Below are positions 42,759 to 57,117 of a stretch of DNA of 64,000 nucleotides, piece by piece. The stretch is from Octopus sinensis (taxonomy: Eukaryota). Position numbers and translations under genes: made by a program. Within the stretch, counting starts at the first letter, position 1. Every line of letters starts with the position of its first letter. Where the stretch lies: assembly GCF_006345805.1 (NCBI RefSeq), contig NC_043000.1, positions 120,962,001-121,026,000 on the forward strand, in the 5' to 3' direction. Below the pieces are notes generated by a model. That model did no database searches and had not been told where the DNA came from. It saw only the letters and a program-made list of their open reading frames with translations.

Positions 42759-44129
42759 ATATATTCATACATACACACACACAACACACACATATATATA
42801 TATACATGCAGACGTATACATGTGTACACAGAGGTACATCTTATTATATATGTATTTATAAGATCAATATATAATCATAAAAGTATTTATATCAGTGGCG
42901 TAGCGCATACAAATGAGACTATACGTAAAATTGATTTAAGTATACAATTATAAAAATATTATTATATTAAGGGATACTGGAAAAAATCAGCGCAAGGTAT
43001 TTGACGTCTACTTCTAGCGCACGCGTTGGCTTTTCAGTAGCACTTAATTATAATATATATATATATATAATTTATAAGTAAGGGAAAAAGAAAAAAATTC
43101 CTAATGCTAAAATATGCCGAAAATGGACACTGCGTCAATAACCATATGTGAAATACTTACTCATACCCCTTACTTATAAATTGTATATAACTTTAACCTT
43201 TGAACGTAATTTTAACATGCTTGCCATTGATAGAAGTTTTTTCGAAAAACTCTATCCTATATTAGATATATATATACATACCTACATTCATAATGCATAC
43301 ATATATACTTACATGCATAATGCATATATATATATATATGCCTGTATGGACGTATACAGGTGTGTCTGTGGCGTCGTAATTGTTTAGCCGTTGCAGCGTC
43401 AGATAAATTGTTTCGCGTTAATCGCTTCGACTCACTCCACTCTGAGAATATATCCTATCGTTTTCCTCTATTTCTTTTAATTCACGTTCTGCAATCTGAA
43501 AATATATGTCTATTGGTTGATGTAGTTAAGGCTATATCACTGACCTAACAAGATATTTACAGTTACGCCAACTATTTTTGATATGTCGTGACAATGCCAT
43601 AGCCGCTTTGAGTTGTGAGATTAAGTTGCCACATCTCCATTCTAGATCCCTATTAATCTTGCGGTTTCATTAATCCCGGGAAAGCTTCGTGCAAGATATT
43701 TAAGTTGCGTGTGAATGATATCTAGAAGAGAGGTATATTCTATTGTATACACTGATGGATTATGGTTTAAAACGGTCTTTACTGTAGGCTTGTCAAAGAG
43801 ACATAACCTAACCGAACTTTTACTCAGAACCAGTTGTGTATCTTATTCACAATAGCTTAAAACGAAACTGAGGATTACAGTGAGGTTTGCACAAAATCCT
43901 CCATCCATTCCAAGAAATGAAAGACGGTTTGAGAGTGTAGGAGGCTAACATTTGAACAAGATTTGTGTCAGCATGAGAGAATGAGAGGCCGATATCACTA
44001 GCTAAAAGTCATAATGCAGAGCAAAATCCCCTATGATCTTTTATGACCAAGACAAACACGAAGTTAAAGGGTCTAGATTCCTTCATGTTGTTTGCCAGCT
44101 TCTTGCTAAATTGCATTTACTAATAGGTA

Positions 44130-44410
44130 AGCATATTGTCAGGCTCACTGGTCCAACGGCTAATTCGTTCAAGAACCGATATCGAAGCCATGTCGCCAGA
44201 ATCAGCAAAATGAACAAGAGGCACTAAGCATATTTGGCTGGTTTTGTGTGGCAACTTAAAGACGACAAGAGCAAATATAATCTCATTTGGTCCATAGCAA
44301 GACACGAACAACTACACAATGCCGTTTCCAGGAGATACAGGTTATGCTCCTAAGAAACACTGTGCATTTTGTGGATCAATGAGAAACTCATTAATAGAAT
44401 TTCAGAAAGA
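44130..44410 (+). pseudogene. Penelope-type GIY-YIG endonuclease remnant
   Basis: GLTGPTANSFKNRYRSH...FVWQLKDD...IWSI...RLC...LINRISE matches the PLE GIY-YIG C-terminal pattern; contains stops. Confidence 0.55.
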
Positions 44411-44449
44411 CTAACAAGATGCTTATATGCTAATAAATGCATTTTTGCA

Positions 44450-44995
<546 letters not shown>

Positions 44996-46132
44996 CCTGT
45001 GTTTAACATTTAAAAAAAACTGGAGTATTTTCTAATCGTTATAAAGTAAACAACTTCAGTTTTAAAAAAGAAGCAAAAGCCTTATAGATGCGACCATAAG
45101 CTGCTTGTAGAATCTAACAAAATAGTTCTATTCAATAATATCCCTCTATAATAATATTCAGTTTTACTCAGTAGGATATACTTATTCCATTTTACTTATT
45201 GCTTTTATCATAGAATGTATGTTTTAAATTTATTCTCTTCTGACTCACATATACTGAAACTAAGGCACGCCAATCTGATTTTCTAGTAAAACATGAATTC
45301 TGTTTTCTTTATTCCCGACCACGGCGTCGACTAGAACTTTCTTTCAACTAAATAATTTTGCTAGAGAGACATTAATCTTCAATACTTGACAGAAATCTCT
45401 CTGCAAAGTAACTTCATTATTTTCGCATCAGAACTTTAATTCCATTAGGGTTTACATAAGTAAAGTTCAAAGATAATGCATTACGTCAGTAGATAAAAAT
45501 AGATCTTAATACATAATAACTATTAGCATATCAAACAGGCTGGAATCTATAATTTATAGCAATCATTCAATACCTCTTCCATATGGCTGAGACATTTAAT
45601 ATAAGTTATCTAAATATCCTTAAGTATTTCAAATTACTTTATTGACGTAATGGGAGATATCTTTTCAGCTATTGAAACAGCAGAAGCCAAGAATATTTAT
45701 TCTTAAATCCCCTGTCTCATAGAAAAGAAAGGAAATTGGTTACATCGAACTAAATAAATGAGAATGGTTAACGGATGGATTCTATGGGATAGCATTCATT
45801 TTCATACCTGTCAATATGCGTAGATTACGCTGCAAATTCTTACGTGGAAATACTACCAATTTTCTGGTCGTTAGGGAGACACCAACAAAATGGAGAAGCT
45901 TTTTAAGAGATAAAGCCTGTCACAACTGATAGATACATCTTATTATTTCTTTTTAAAATATATATTAATGCATTTTCTGCAATTTATCATTATGTACATA
46001 GGTACAAGGGACATTATATTTTCTATAGTGTGATACGTTGGAGAATGTTTTCAAAATATAATGAGTCATATAAATAATTATGCTTTGTATATACAAATAT
46101 ATCTAGGGGAATGAAAATATTATATATATTAT

Positions 46133-46235
<103 letters not shown>

Positions 46236-47338
46236 CATATATATACATGTATATATATGTATAAATGTTTATATGTATACATTGCTGAGTGTATAGGCTT
46301 GTATGTGAATTTGCGTATCTATGGGAGCATGTTTTCATGTATATATTTATCTCTATATAGTTTTGTAATTATACATGTGTATAACTGTACATACAAACGC
46401 ACAGACATATAATTCATTATACTACGTCATGAAGATGTTATGTTTTATACAGAATGAATGCATGTATTGAATATATTTTATATTACACACGATAATACAG
46501 AAAACCTTACCCAGACACGTGTTTGAGCGCGTGTGTATATTATCTAATCTTCTGCAACGCTGTCTTCATATATTTGTAAAAGAGAAAAAAAAAAAAAAGT
46601 TTCGGAATAGCTACAGTATAATTGAATAGGCGCATGTTTTCAATTTATATTTCAGAACGTTCTACGCAACCAAAATAACTATAAAACCGGAGGATATCTT
46701 TTTATTATTCTACGGCGAATCAATGCAAAAGTGAAATAAAATCAATATCTATTACATACTTTGATTGATTCCTGATGACATTAAATATGTTTTTACGTGT
46801 CCACCATATCTGTATATGAGGCCTAATCAATTTCTAACCATGTTTATTTGACAGTATATGACCAACATGATCATAGAGTAATTTCATTTATTGTAATCTC
46901 CTCTCAGGATTACATTCCTCAATATCAGGTTGCTATAGTTACAGATCAGTTCGGAGAAAGAGAGTTCAATTGACTTATGTATATCCATCCATTAACTGTT
47001 GCTATTATGTTTATAAGAGGTTTTCAGCAACATTTAACTATAGTGTGTATATGACATTATTGTAAATATGGTTAAACCCATCGAAAAGAACCCAGTCATG
47101 TATGAGGCTGTCCTTTATATTTTCATCTTCATACAGTATGTCAAGCGTAAGGAATTCTTGCAGAGTCCATCTTATTCCATGCTGTTGGTCATGACCAAAT
47201 TACGACACAATTACTATTACTTAAGGAAATCGATGTAAGAAGAAAAAAGGGGCGAGTTATTTCTAGAGAATTTAAACGCAAACATTAAACAGAACCGCTC
47301 CAGATTATGATCTAAAATGCTTAACATCTGTTATTTCT

Positions 47339-47758
47339 TATTTCTTTATTGCCCACACGGGGCTAACCATAGAGGGGACAAACAAGGACAGACAAAGGGA
47401 TTAAGTCAATTACATCGACCCCAGTGCGTGCGTAACTGGTACTTTATTTATCGACCCCTAAAAGAGGAAAGGCAAAATCGACCTCGGCGGAATTTGAACT
47501 CAGAACGTAACGGCAGACGAAATACCTATTTCTTTACTACCCACACGGGGCTAAACACAGAGAGGACAAACAAAGACAGACAAACGGATTAAATCGATTA
47601 CATCGGCCCCAGTGCGTAACTGGTACTTATTTAATCTACCCCGAAAGGATGAAAGGCAAAGTCGACCTCGGCGGAATTTGAACTCAGAATGTCGCGGCAG
47701 ACGAAATACCGCTAAGCATTTCGCCAGGCACGCTAACGTTTCTGCCAGCTCGCCGCCT
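47339..47758 (-). mobile_element. SINE, head + 2 units (184-bp spacing)
   Basis: Unit starts at 47710 and 47526 on the minus strand. Confidence 0.88.
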
Positions 47759-48699
47759 TATTTTCTGTTATGTCTTTTACTTGTATCAGTCATTGAAGAG
47801 TTTTAGCCGAATAAATCGACACCGGTAACTTACATTTTTTCTATTGCCGAATTGCTATGCTACGAGGATGTAAACAAACCAATATAGGTTGTCATATGGT
47901 GGTAGTTGAACAAATAAAGACACATACTCAATCTCAATCTGCTATCTACTCTCGTGATCACTAAATTATACTCCTACGCACTTTACATTATTTAAATGGG
48001 GACAATTCTGATTAGAGATGTCACTTGTTGCTTTTCTTTTATTTAACCAACGTGTCACCGTTCGCTAGTATTCGTCTCTGGTACACTGGATGAGGTCATA
48101 TTGTCGCAACGTATTACATAATTTTATGAATGCTGAGCTTATGAATGCCTGCTTATCTGTAACATGTCAGTATATTTGATATCACCTATCTTTCTTAAAA
48201 TGTGTAGTTATGCATCGAAGTCAATGATTTCTAGTAAACTTCTCTTAAATGCCCCATACCGCGGTTTCATGTAAGCAATAATTCTCCAGTTTATGTATAT
48301 TATCGTTATTATTTAATCCTCGGTCGAAAGGGAGTTAAATAGATTATAAACGACATCAAAACAATCGCTTCTAACATATATTTCATTTATGATTATATTA
48401 TCCAATGCTTTCTCCGTTTTCGCAAAACAGAGGGGGATTTTGGAGTTGGATTCCGCTATCCTTAACGTAGTTAAATGTATGTCCCATAATAGAATTACCA
48501 ATGGCGTCGCATCCATAAAGCACTCAGATTTATAAACGACTCGTCAGGCTCTAATGGCGGAGGGCAAATAACCTCTCTTCATACTGGAGGTAGAAAACCG
48601 TTACAGTCAGTAAATTTGTAATAATATACACTCTTTAAATAATATACTCTCTTTGAGCTTTGAAGAGGAAGGGTTATTCTCCCGTAGACTAGTCCGACT

Positions 48700-48995
48700 G
48701 ACAAATTTTATGGACCTACCTGTCTTCGTCTTTTGTATTTTTGTGAAATCTCCCCATATTTACACACACATACACACACACACACACACATATATATATA
48801 ACGGGAAGGTTTACGAAAATAAACAAAAGACGAAGGCAGGTGGAGTACAAACAAACAAATGTATTAGTATGGCACTCAGGAATAGAAATAGAACAAGTCT
48901 TATACGTTTCGAGCCTATGCTCTTCCACAGAAAGATACACAGAAAAGAAACAAGGAGAGAAAAAAATGCGAGTAAGAGCTAACGGTCCATTATGG
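48700..48995 (-). mobile_element. Penelope pseudo-LTR copies in convergent orientation
   Basis: 48795-48995 is the reverse complement of ~52560-52770 and includes the HHR-like CTGTGGA..GAAA (48898-48935). 48713-48765 is a plus-strand tail. Confidence 0.8.
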
Positions 48996-48997
48996 CG

Positions 48998-49051
<54 letters not shown>

Positions 49052-49056
49052 TTTAT

Positions 49057-49298
49057 ATACAAAATTAAGAGAACTGGCCACTAAAAGTAGACAGCCTATA
49101 CGCTAGATATAGACGTCAAAATCACCATTTTCCACGAAGAATGTGTTCTCAAGAAAAAACTCAGCATTTTTACATTTTGTTTTTCATTTGCTGAGCTTTT
49201 TCTTGAGAACACACTCTTCGTGGAAAATGGCGATTTTGACGTCTATATTTAGCATATAGGCTCTCCTCTTTTAGTGGTCAGTCCTCTATATTTTGTAT
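49057..49298. repeat. Diverged 110-bp inverted repeat
   Basis: Arms 49057-49166 and 49189-49298. Confidence 0.85.
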
Positions 49299-49380
49299 GT
49301 AAAGAAATTTTCATCTTCGGATTTAAAAAAAAAAACTAGGCCACTGGTTTTAATTGATTAATATCAATTTCTACCCTTAT

Positions 49381-49441
<61 letters not shown>

Positions 49442-49624
49442 ATATATGTGTATATGAATATATACTTACACAGATTCATACATACATTCATACATAGATG
49501 CATACATTACTGCCCCCCCAACCACCAACCACACACCTCCCCAATCCCTCCCCCTCAGACCTCCACGAGACCTACCACCCCTCCTACTTCTATTCCACCC
49601 ACCCCTTCTCCACTTCCGTCTGTT

Positions 49625-51790
49625 GTTACCATTCCCCCCGATCTTCCCCTCTCTGCGGCTGAACGCTCCGTCCTTGGTAGGGGTCTGCGTTTCACCCCCC
49701 TCACTCCATCCTGTAAGGAATTCCAGACGCGAGTTGATGTCCACAGCTTTGTGCGCCGTGTCCGGTTGGGTGCGCATTACCACGACTCGCCACCCACACC
49801 CAACGAAGAGGACTGCTTCACTGGCCTGGGCCGCCGACCATCCCCGTGGACGCCTGCCCTGGCCAGATCCTAGCAGTGGATCTTTTCGCGGGCGCTTGTC
49901 AGCGTGCATTGGAGCGGTTCAACTTCTCCAGGCGCCAACGCCGCCTCAACATCTCCCCGGCTGAGCTCTTGGCTCTTCGTTCCCTCCAACGGTGCGCTGA
50001 CATTATCATCAAACCGGCTGACAAGGGTGGAGCTGTAGTGGTGTGGCGCGCGGACCTCTATAGGGCCGAGGCTTTCCGCCAACTCAATGACACCTCCTTC
50101 TATTCCCCTCTGCCCTCTAACCCACACGTAGCTACCAACAGACGGTATCCTCTACTGTCCACGACCTCATCTCGTCCTCCCGTCTCCCCCGCACCGAATC
50201 CAACCTAATTGTGCGAACCCCACGTATCCCCACCATTTACTTCCTCCCCAAAATCCACAAACCCAACAACCCTGGCGGCCCCATCGTCTCCGCCTGTAAC
50301 TGCCCCACGGAGCTCATCTCTAAATACCTCGACCGTGTCCTTGCCCCCCTAGTGGCATCTCTTCCCTCCCACATCCACGATACCAACCATGCTCTCCGGC
50401 TTTTCAAATCTTTCTCCTTTCCTCCCGGCTCCTCCAAAATCCTTTTTACTATGGACATCCAAAGCCTCTATACTGTTATCCCTCACCACGAAGGACTGCA
50501 GGCCCTTCGACACTTTCTTGACCTCCGCTCTAACCCTGTACCTGGCACCTCCACACTCATTCGTCTGGCCGAACTTGTCCTTACTCTGAACTGGTTCTCG
50601 TTCGCGGGCGAGTTCTACCATCAGTTCTCGGGAGTGGCCATGGGAACGCGAATGGGCCCCAACTATGCGAACCTGTTCGTTGGCTATGTTGAGGCCCAAA
50701 ATTCTCTAATTTCACTGGTCCCACTCCTGAACTATATGGTCGTTACATTGACGACATTATCGGTGCCACCTCACTCTCCCGTGAACATCTAGATTCCTTC
50801 CTCTCTTTCGTCCAATCTTTCCATCCAGCCCTCCACTTCACTTCCACTATCTCCAACACCTCTGTCTCCTTCCTCGACATTTCGGTTAGCATTCTTCACT
50901 CCACTCTTACCACCTCCATTCACTACAAACACACAGACTCACACTCATACCTCAACTTCTCTTCCTCCCACCCAGAACACACCAAGCTTTCCATCCCCTA
51001 TTCCCAATTCCTCCGTCTACGTAGGCTCTGTAGTGACGACCATGACTTTGAGACTCAGTCTCAACGTATGGCTCACCACTTCACCCTATGTGGATACCCC
51101 CTCACCACTATCCACACCGCCCTTGTCAGAGCACGGATCGTGGACCGTGTATCTGCTCTCTCTCTCCGAACCCGCCCTGTAGTCTCTCGCCTCCCTTTTC
51201 CCCTCACTTACCACCCCACGATCCTACGTCTCCAACGCACCATTCTTCGAGCTTTCCGTCATCTCCAGTCCGACCCGTCCACTTCACACATCTTCCCTAA
51301 CCGACCCCTCCCCTCTTTCAAACGAGCCCACAACCTTCGAGACCTTTTGGTCCATAGCTCCTTCCCTGACCCTACCTCCCAACCCGGCTCGTTCCCCTGC
51401 TCCCGCCCACGTTGCCGCACTTGCCCTTACCTCTCCAACACCACCCTCCTCACTAGCACCCACCATCGACCCTATCCCATCATCCACTCCTTCACCTGCA
51501 CCTCCAGCAATATTATCTATTGCGTCTCTTGCTCTCTCTCCATTCCTTGTACATCGGACAAACGGACGCCGCTTGGCTGACCGGTTCGCGGAACACCTTC
51601 GTGCCATCCACCTTGCGAACGACACACCGGTCTCACGCCATTTCCGCTCCACCGGTCACTCCTTGCAACACCTATCTGTGTTCGGTTTGTCCTTACACAG
51701 AGGCCATCCGGATTCCCGTTTGCGCCGTGAACAGGAATTAATCTTCTCTCTTCGCTCTTATACGCCATTTGGTCTCAACTCTCCCCCCTC
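49625..51790 (+). pseudogene. Frameshifted PLE polyprotein (reverse transcriptase + GIY-YIG endonuclease)
   Basis: Motifs IKPADKGGAVVV, YFLPKIHK..GPIVS, FTMDIQSLYT, GVAMGTRMGPNYANLFVG, RYIDD (~50744), CSRPRCRTC, NIIYCVSC..LYIGQT, RFAEH and PFGLN, spread over several frames. Confidence 0.92.
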
Positions 51791-52630
51791 CTCATCTAAC
51801 CCCCTCTCCCCCTCCTCACCTATCCTTCCCTCCCGACCCCTACTTCTTCAGTCCTTCATCCTTTCACCCCTACTCCCCTTCCCTTCTTCCCTCTTTCTCC
51901 CTCCCTCCTTCCCTCTTCCCCTTCCCTCTGCTCCCTCACTCCCTCACTCCCCTTCTCTCTCCCCCTCTCCCTCTTTCCTACTTCCTCCCGCTCCTCCCCC
52001 TCCCCCGCTCCTCTCCTCTTCCCCCTCTCCTCCCCTTCTCCTCCCCCTCTTCTCCCCTTCCCCTCTTCTCCTCACTACACCACACGACTTTACACATCAC
52101 ATCATATATGATGTGCCATACTAATACATACACCAACTAATACATACTAATACGTACTAATACATACTAATACATACTAATACATACACCAACCCTATAC
52201 ATACACACGTCCAGACCCCTCATACGCACTTATACTCTCTCATACACACACACACACACTTATACATACTAATACGTACTAATGCATACTAATACATACT
52301 AATACATAGACCAACCCCATACATACGCACGTCCAGACCTATCCTACACACTAATACTCTCTCATACACACACACACACACACTTTTACATACTAATACA
52401 TACTAATACATACACCAACCCTATACATACACACGTCCAGACCTCTCCTACGCCTTAATAGCTGGTCATTCAACCCTATTATCAACCCTATTATCTCCCC
52501 TTATTTCGCTCTCGCGTCTCATGTTTGATCCTTGACCTCTGGCCGAAATCAGATCGCCATGTTGATTCGTTAGTTACTGCACGCATTTTTTTTTCTCTCC
52601 TTCTTTCTGTGTTTTTTTTCTCTCTGTGTA

Positions 52631-52667
52631 TCTTTCTGTGAAGAGCGTAGGCTCGAAACGTTAAAGA
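52631..52667 (+). ncRNA. Atypical minimal hammerhead-like motif in the PLE pseudo-LTR
   Basis: TCTTT-CTGTGA-A-GAGC(GTAG)GCTC-GAAA-CGTT-AAAGA. Stems I and II are perfect and stem III is the AACGTT palindrome, but the core lacks A6. Confidence 0.6.
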
Positions 52668-52764
52668 CTTGTTTTATTTATATTTCCTGAGCGCCATACT
52701 AATACAATTGTTTGTTTGTTTTCCACCTGACTTCGTCTTTTGTCTATTTTCATAAAGCTTCCCG

Positions 52765-52809
<45 letters not shown>

Positions 52810-52962
52810 ATGAAATGGATAAATGAATTATCTTGTTACGGATTATTCAAAATTTAACCGATACCTGTGTAGCAAAGTCACACCAGAAAAGACACGGTTG
52901 AGGTTACGACCATGGGGTTTCGCCCCCGTGCTTTAGCGCGGATAATTGAAGTTTTATATATT

Positions 52963-53151
52963 TAGTGAAGGGAAGAAATGGAGCTGAACGAAGATTCTAC
53001 AAAATTCCTTTTTATTATTTTCTACACATGTTTCAAAGGCTGCAAATTCCCAAATTCGCAATTTGGGAATTTGCAGCCTTTGAAACATGTGTAGAAAATA
53101 ATAAAAAGGAATTTTGTAGAATCTTCGTTCGGCTCCATTTCTTCCCTTCAC

Positions 53152-53153
<2 letters not shown>
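52963..53153. repeat. 94-bp-arm palindrome with a 3-nt loop and one mismatch
   Basis: Arms 52963-53056 and 53060-53153; loop CGC. Confidence 0.95.
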
Positions 53154-53213
<60 letters not shown>

Positions 53214-54955
53214 TGTTCTCGCTAAAGTAGACGCACATTACGACGAAGATTACCTTGTAAGATTTGTAGTAATTTGTTTGGTTAAAACAAGCTTATGTAT
53301 ATAATTATTTTTGGCAAGTCTAAGTTTTCAAACAAAGCAATTGTGTAGCAAACACCAATTCATTCACATTCTTCAACATACTAATTTCCACACCAAGTAA
53401 TTCAATTGTAACAAACTGTAAATAATCACAACTGTCTCTCATCATGTATCCAATCTATTTAAATGATACGTCAGTAATTTTGCTCGTATATTACTGTCTG
53501 GGAATGATATTGCGTTACCTTGCATAATTATTCGCATTTTGGCAGTATATAAAAAAAGAATGATCATTAAAAGTTTGATTTGATGCTGTACTTTTCAATA
53601 TAGATCAATCGAGATCTGTTATAAAGGACATTCATCAAAAGCTGGAAGCTGTACCAGAAACTTATACTCCAATAAATGCCCGATCAACAACAGTAAAGCG
53701 TTTTATGCTGTTTAGGTTACGTAAAAGTCAACTCTCATCTGGACAGTTACGTGTAACTGATACGAATTCGACCATGCCTTTTATCTAGCATCTTTTGATG
53801 ATCTGTTTCGAGGTTATGACAGATAATGTGCTTTTATTAGCGAAACTAATAATATTAACGTAATATTTTTGATTTTTAATAAAACTCGAAAATCACAATG
53901 GATGTTGATGATTGAGTGTCTGCTTTGCAAGTTAGCAAATTTTTGTGTACGCTAGTTGGTAATAGTTTCTGAAGACAGGTTTTTAATATTTATATCTTAC
54001 GTGGAATAAAGATTATCTATAGCATACATATTTCGACAGAATTAGATTTGTATCCCAGGAGTTTAGAGGATTAATTAGATCGTCCCTGGGTATTTATATA
54101 CTACTAAAGAGTTGGTTTTTATCTTTTCCACTTGCGGTGTGTTAGATTAGATTCCGAGGATTAAACATTTTTACGTGGAGGGACAAGCGATAAATAAAGC
54201 CAGTAGTAGAGTCTACAAGGCAGCTACAAAACACCAGGCTCCAGAATTAGAAACGAAGTTGGGGACTACTGCTTTTGCGGGGAGCATATGTCACAAGTTT
54301 AGAGCCTTCAATGAACAGAATGAAGGTGGTCTCTAAGAAAAAACCCCAAGAGTACAAATTAAAACTCTGAATTCATGAAATTTACGTTTGCTTGAATAAC
54401 TCACAGAGTCTTAATAAGCTATCTGGTCGCACTTTGGAAAGGGAATGGAATCGAAATTTGCTGAAATGAGGGCAGTGTACATAGGCATTTAAGAAATCGA
54501 CGGTCGAAAAATAAAAGGATAAAAAGCATTTCAAAATTACATTGGAAGATAACTCTACGATTTCAATAGAATATTGAGCACTTCCAAATTAACACGGTAG
54601 AAGAACTGAGTGCCGGGGGTACAATTGGAGGGATGTCCTGATGTGAACTGGCTAATGAATTCTCATTAGTCTGTAAGTAGATTACTTTAATTGTTTTTCA
54701 AGGTATGTAAATTAATTACTTAAAAACAATGATTGTAAGCATTTATAAAATTATCTATTTATTCTATATAATTCATATCCAATCCAGAGCATGTTCACAT
54801 ATATATATTGCTTAATGTCTATATAACTTCTCTGTTTTTTTTTTTATTTCAATATTCTTCTTGCGTACATTCTGCAACCCAAACGTAAAACGTTTTCAGT
54901 GTATGTATGAAAGGACCCTGCTGGTAATAAACTTCATCGTCACCATCATCATTAC

Positions 54956-55006
<51 letters not shown>

Positions 55007-55759
55007 CATCATCATCATCATCATCATTATTTCCCCTTGCGATTTTTCTTAATTCCAAGATTTAATTTTCTTGAAAGTTCCCATCAAATTTCAATATAAA
55101 GTTCTTTAATCAAAATATCAAAAACAAAACCGAACAAGAAGACACTGCTTAATCGAAATAAATTGTGGTTTTCAATTGATTTATTTTGAGTGTTAATTCT
55201 CTTCCTTTATTTCATCCTTTAGAAAGCAAGTAGTATCTTGGCGTGTAATTTGAACAGTTATATATAAATCATTTCGAAAGAAAAGGCCACTAAAGTAAAA
55301 AAAAAAATCTTCCCCTTTTTTTCTCTCTCGGTTTTCAATCTATTATTCGCCTTCTTCTTCGGCAGTAACTTACGTAAGTAAACATTTGTATGAATGCAAC
55401 AAAACAGCTTTGGAATAAAAGAGAACCTTTCTACATTTTACCCTTTACATAAAACCACTGTATTAGAGATTTCCCATGTGGAGAATAATTTCACTTTTAT
55501 TTCTTCAGATGACGTTGGTTTGGAGAAATAACAATACACAGAAATAGGAATAAACAATAAATATAATAAGTATCTCATGAAAGACAAAAACAAAAACAAA
55601 AACAAAAAAAAAAAAAACTAAAGTGGTAGCAATTCAAAGAAGACAGCAAAACAGTATTAAGGTTATCGAACATAAGCAAAACCTTAGACAATTTTCGTCG
55701 AATGGTACAATCGACTGAATTGCGACTACATTTTGAGTGAAATAGTATATGTTCGATTG

Positions 55760-56360
55760 AAGGCAGGAAGCTGGCAGAAATGTTAGCACGCCGGGCGAAA
55801 TGCGTAGCCGTATTTTGTCTGCCGCTGCGTTCTGAGTTCAAATTCCGTCGAGGTCGACTTTGCCTTTCATTCTTTCGGGGTCGATTAAATAAGTACCAGT
55901 TACGCACTGCGGTCGATATAATCGACTTAATCCATTTGTCTGTCCTTGTTTGTCCTCTCTGTGTTTAGCCCCTTGTGGGTAGTAAAGAAATTGGTATTTC
56001 GTCTATCTTTACGTTATGAGTTCACATTCCACCGACGTCGACTTTGCCTTTCATCTTTTCGGAGTCGATAAATAAAGTACCAGTTGCGTATTGAGATCGA
56101 TCGAATCGACTGGTCCCCTCCCCAACAATTTCGGGCCTTGTTCCTTGAATAAAAAAGAATATTTCATTTTTGTATGACGGCAAGCTGGCTGAGACTATAT
56201 CACAACGGGCGAAATGCTTAGCCTTATTTCGTCTGTTATTACGTTCTGAGTTCCGCCGAGGTCGACTTTGCCTTTCATCTTTTCGAAGTCGATAAATTAA
56301 GTACCAGTTGTGTATTCGGGTCGACCTAATCGACTGCTCTTCCTCCCCCAAGAAGAATCC
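55760..56360 (+). mobile_element. Cluster of three GGCGGCGAG-family SINE units
   Basis: Units start at 55809 and 55993 (184-bp spacing; the second has a different tail), and another head lies at ~56175. Confidence 0.82.
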
Positions 56361-56556
56361 TACAACTGAATATATATATGTATGTGTGTGTGTGTGTGTG
56401 TTTGTGTGTGTATGCGTGTGTGCCTGTATGTGTGTGTGTGTGTGTGTATCCATTTCTAAAAGTTTATCAACGTGACTGTAGCTCTGTATGGTGGCAATGA
56501 ATCTTGGAGTTGTGAAATGAATAAAGCGTTAGTAAAAATAACTTTTCATACTCGAA

Positions 56557-56719
56557 GGTGCAGGAGTGGCTCTGTGGTAAGTAGCTTGCTTAAGAACCAC
56601 ATGGTTTCGGGTTCATTCCCACTGCGTGACACCTTGGGCAAGTTTCCTCTACTATAGCCTTGAGCCGACGAAAGCCTTGTGAGTGGATTCGGTAGATGGA
56701 AACTGAAAGAAGCCAGTCG

Positions 56720-56770
<51 letters not shown>

Positions 56771-56945
56771 GTGTGTATATGTTTGTGTCTGTATTGGTCC
56801 CCCAGCATCGCTTGACAACCGATGCTGGTGTGTTTACGTCCGCGTAACTTAGCGTTTCGGCAAAATGATATCGATAGTATAAGTACTAGGCTTCCAAAGA
56901 ATAAGTCATGGGGTCGATTTGCTCGACAAGTAAATGAGTAAAGAG
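56557..56945 (+). mobile_element. CORE-type SINE with internal (TA)n
   Basis: GCAGGAGTGGCTCTGTGG head, ACCTTGGGCAAG core, conserved tail, short TSD ATACTCG. Confidence 0.88.
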
Positions 56946-57117
56946 TAAGGATTATACTCGGAAACCAAAAGGCAAACTTGGCTTTAGCTTTTCTTATTGG
57001 GAGACTTGCTAAAATGATCAGCTACTGTATAAGCTGAATGTGAATGTGAACGGTTCTGCTAAACACCTACCTGATATGCGCATCCTTATTATAATATAAG
57101 AAATTATTATTATTACT

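Larger units (their letters stand above)
49500..52770 (+). mobile_element. Penelope-like retroelement (Neptune-type suspected), near full length
   Basis: RT plus a C-terminal GIY-YIG with a Cys-rich linker, a pseudo-LTR with an HHR-like motif, and a (TA)n terminus. Confidence 0.92.

Noticed and set aside
51573-52140. Long Pro/Ser/Leu-rich ORFs
   Set aside because: Apart from the GIY-YIG C-terminus, they are read-through into the polypyrimidine tract.
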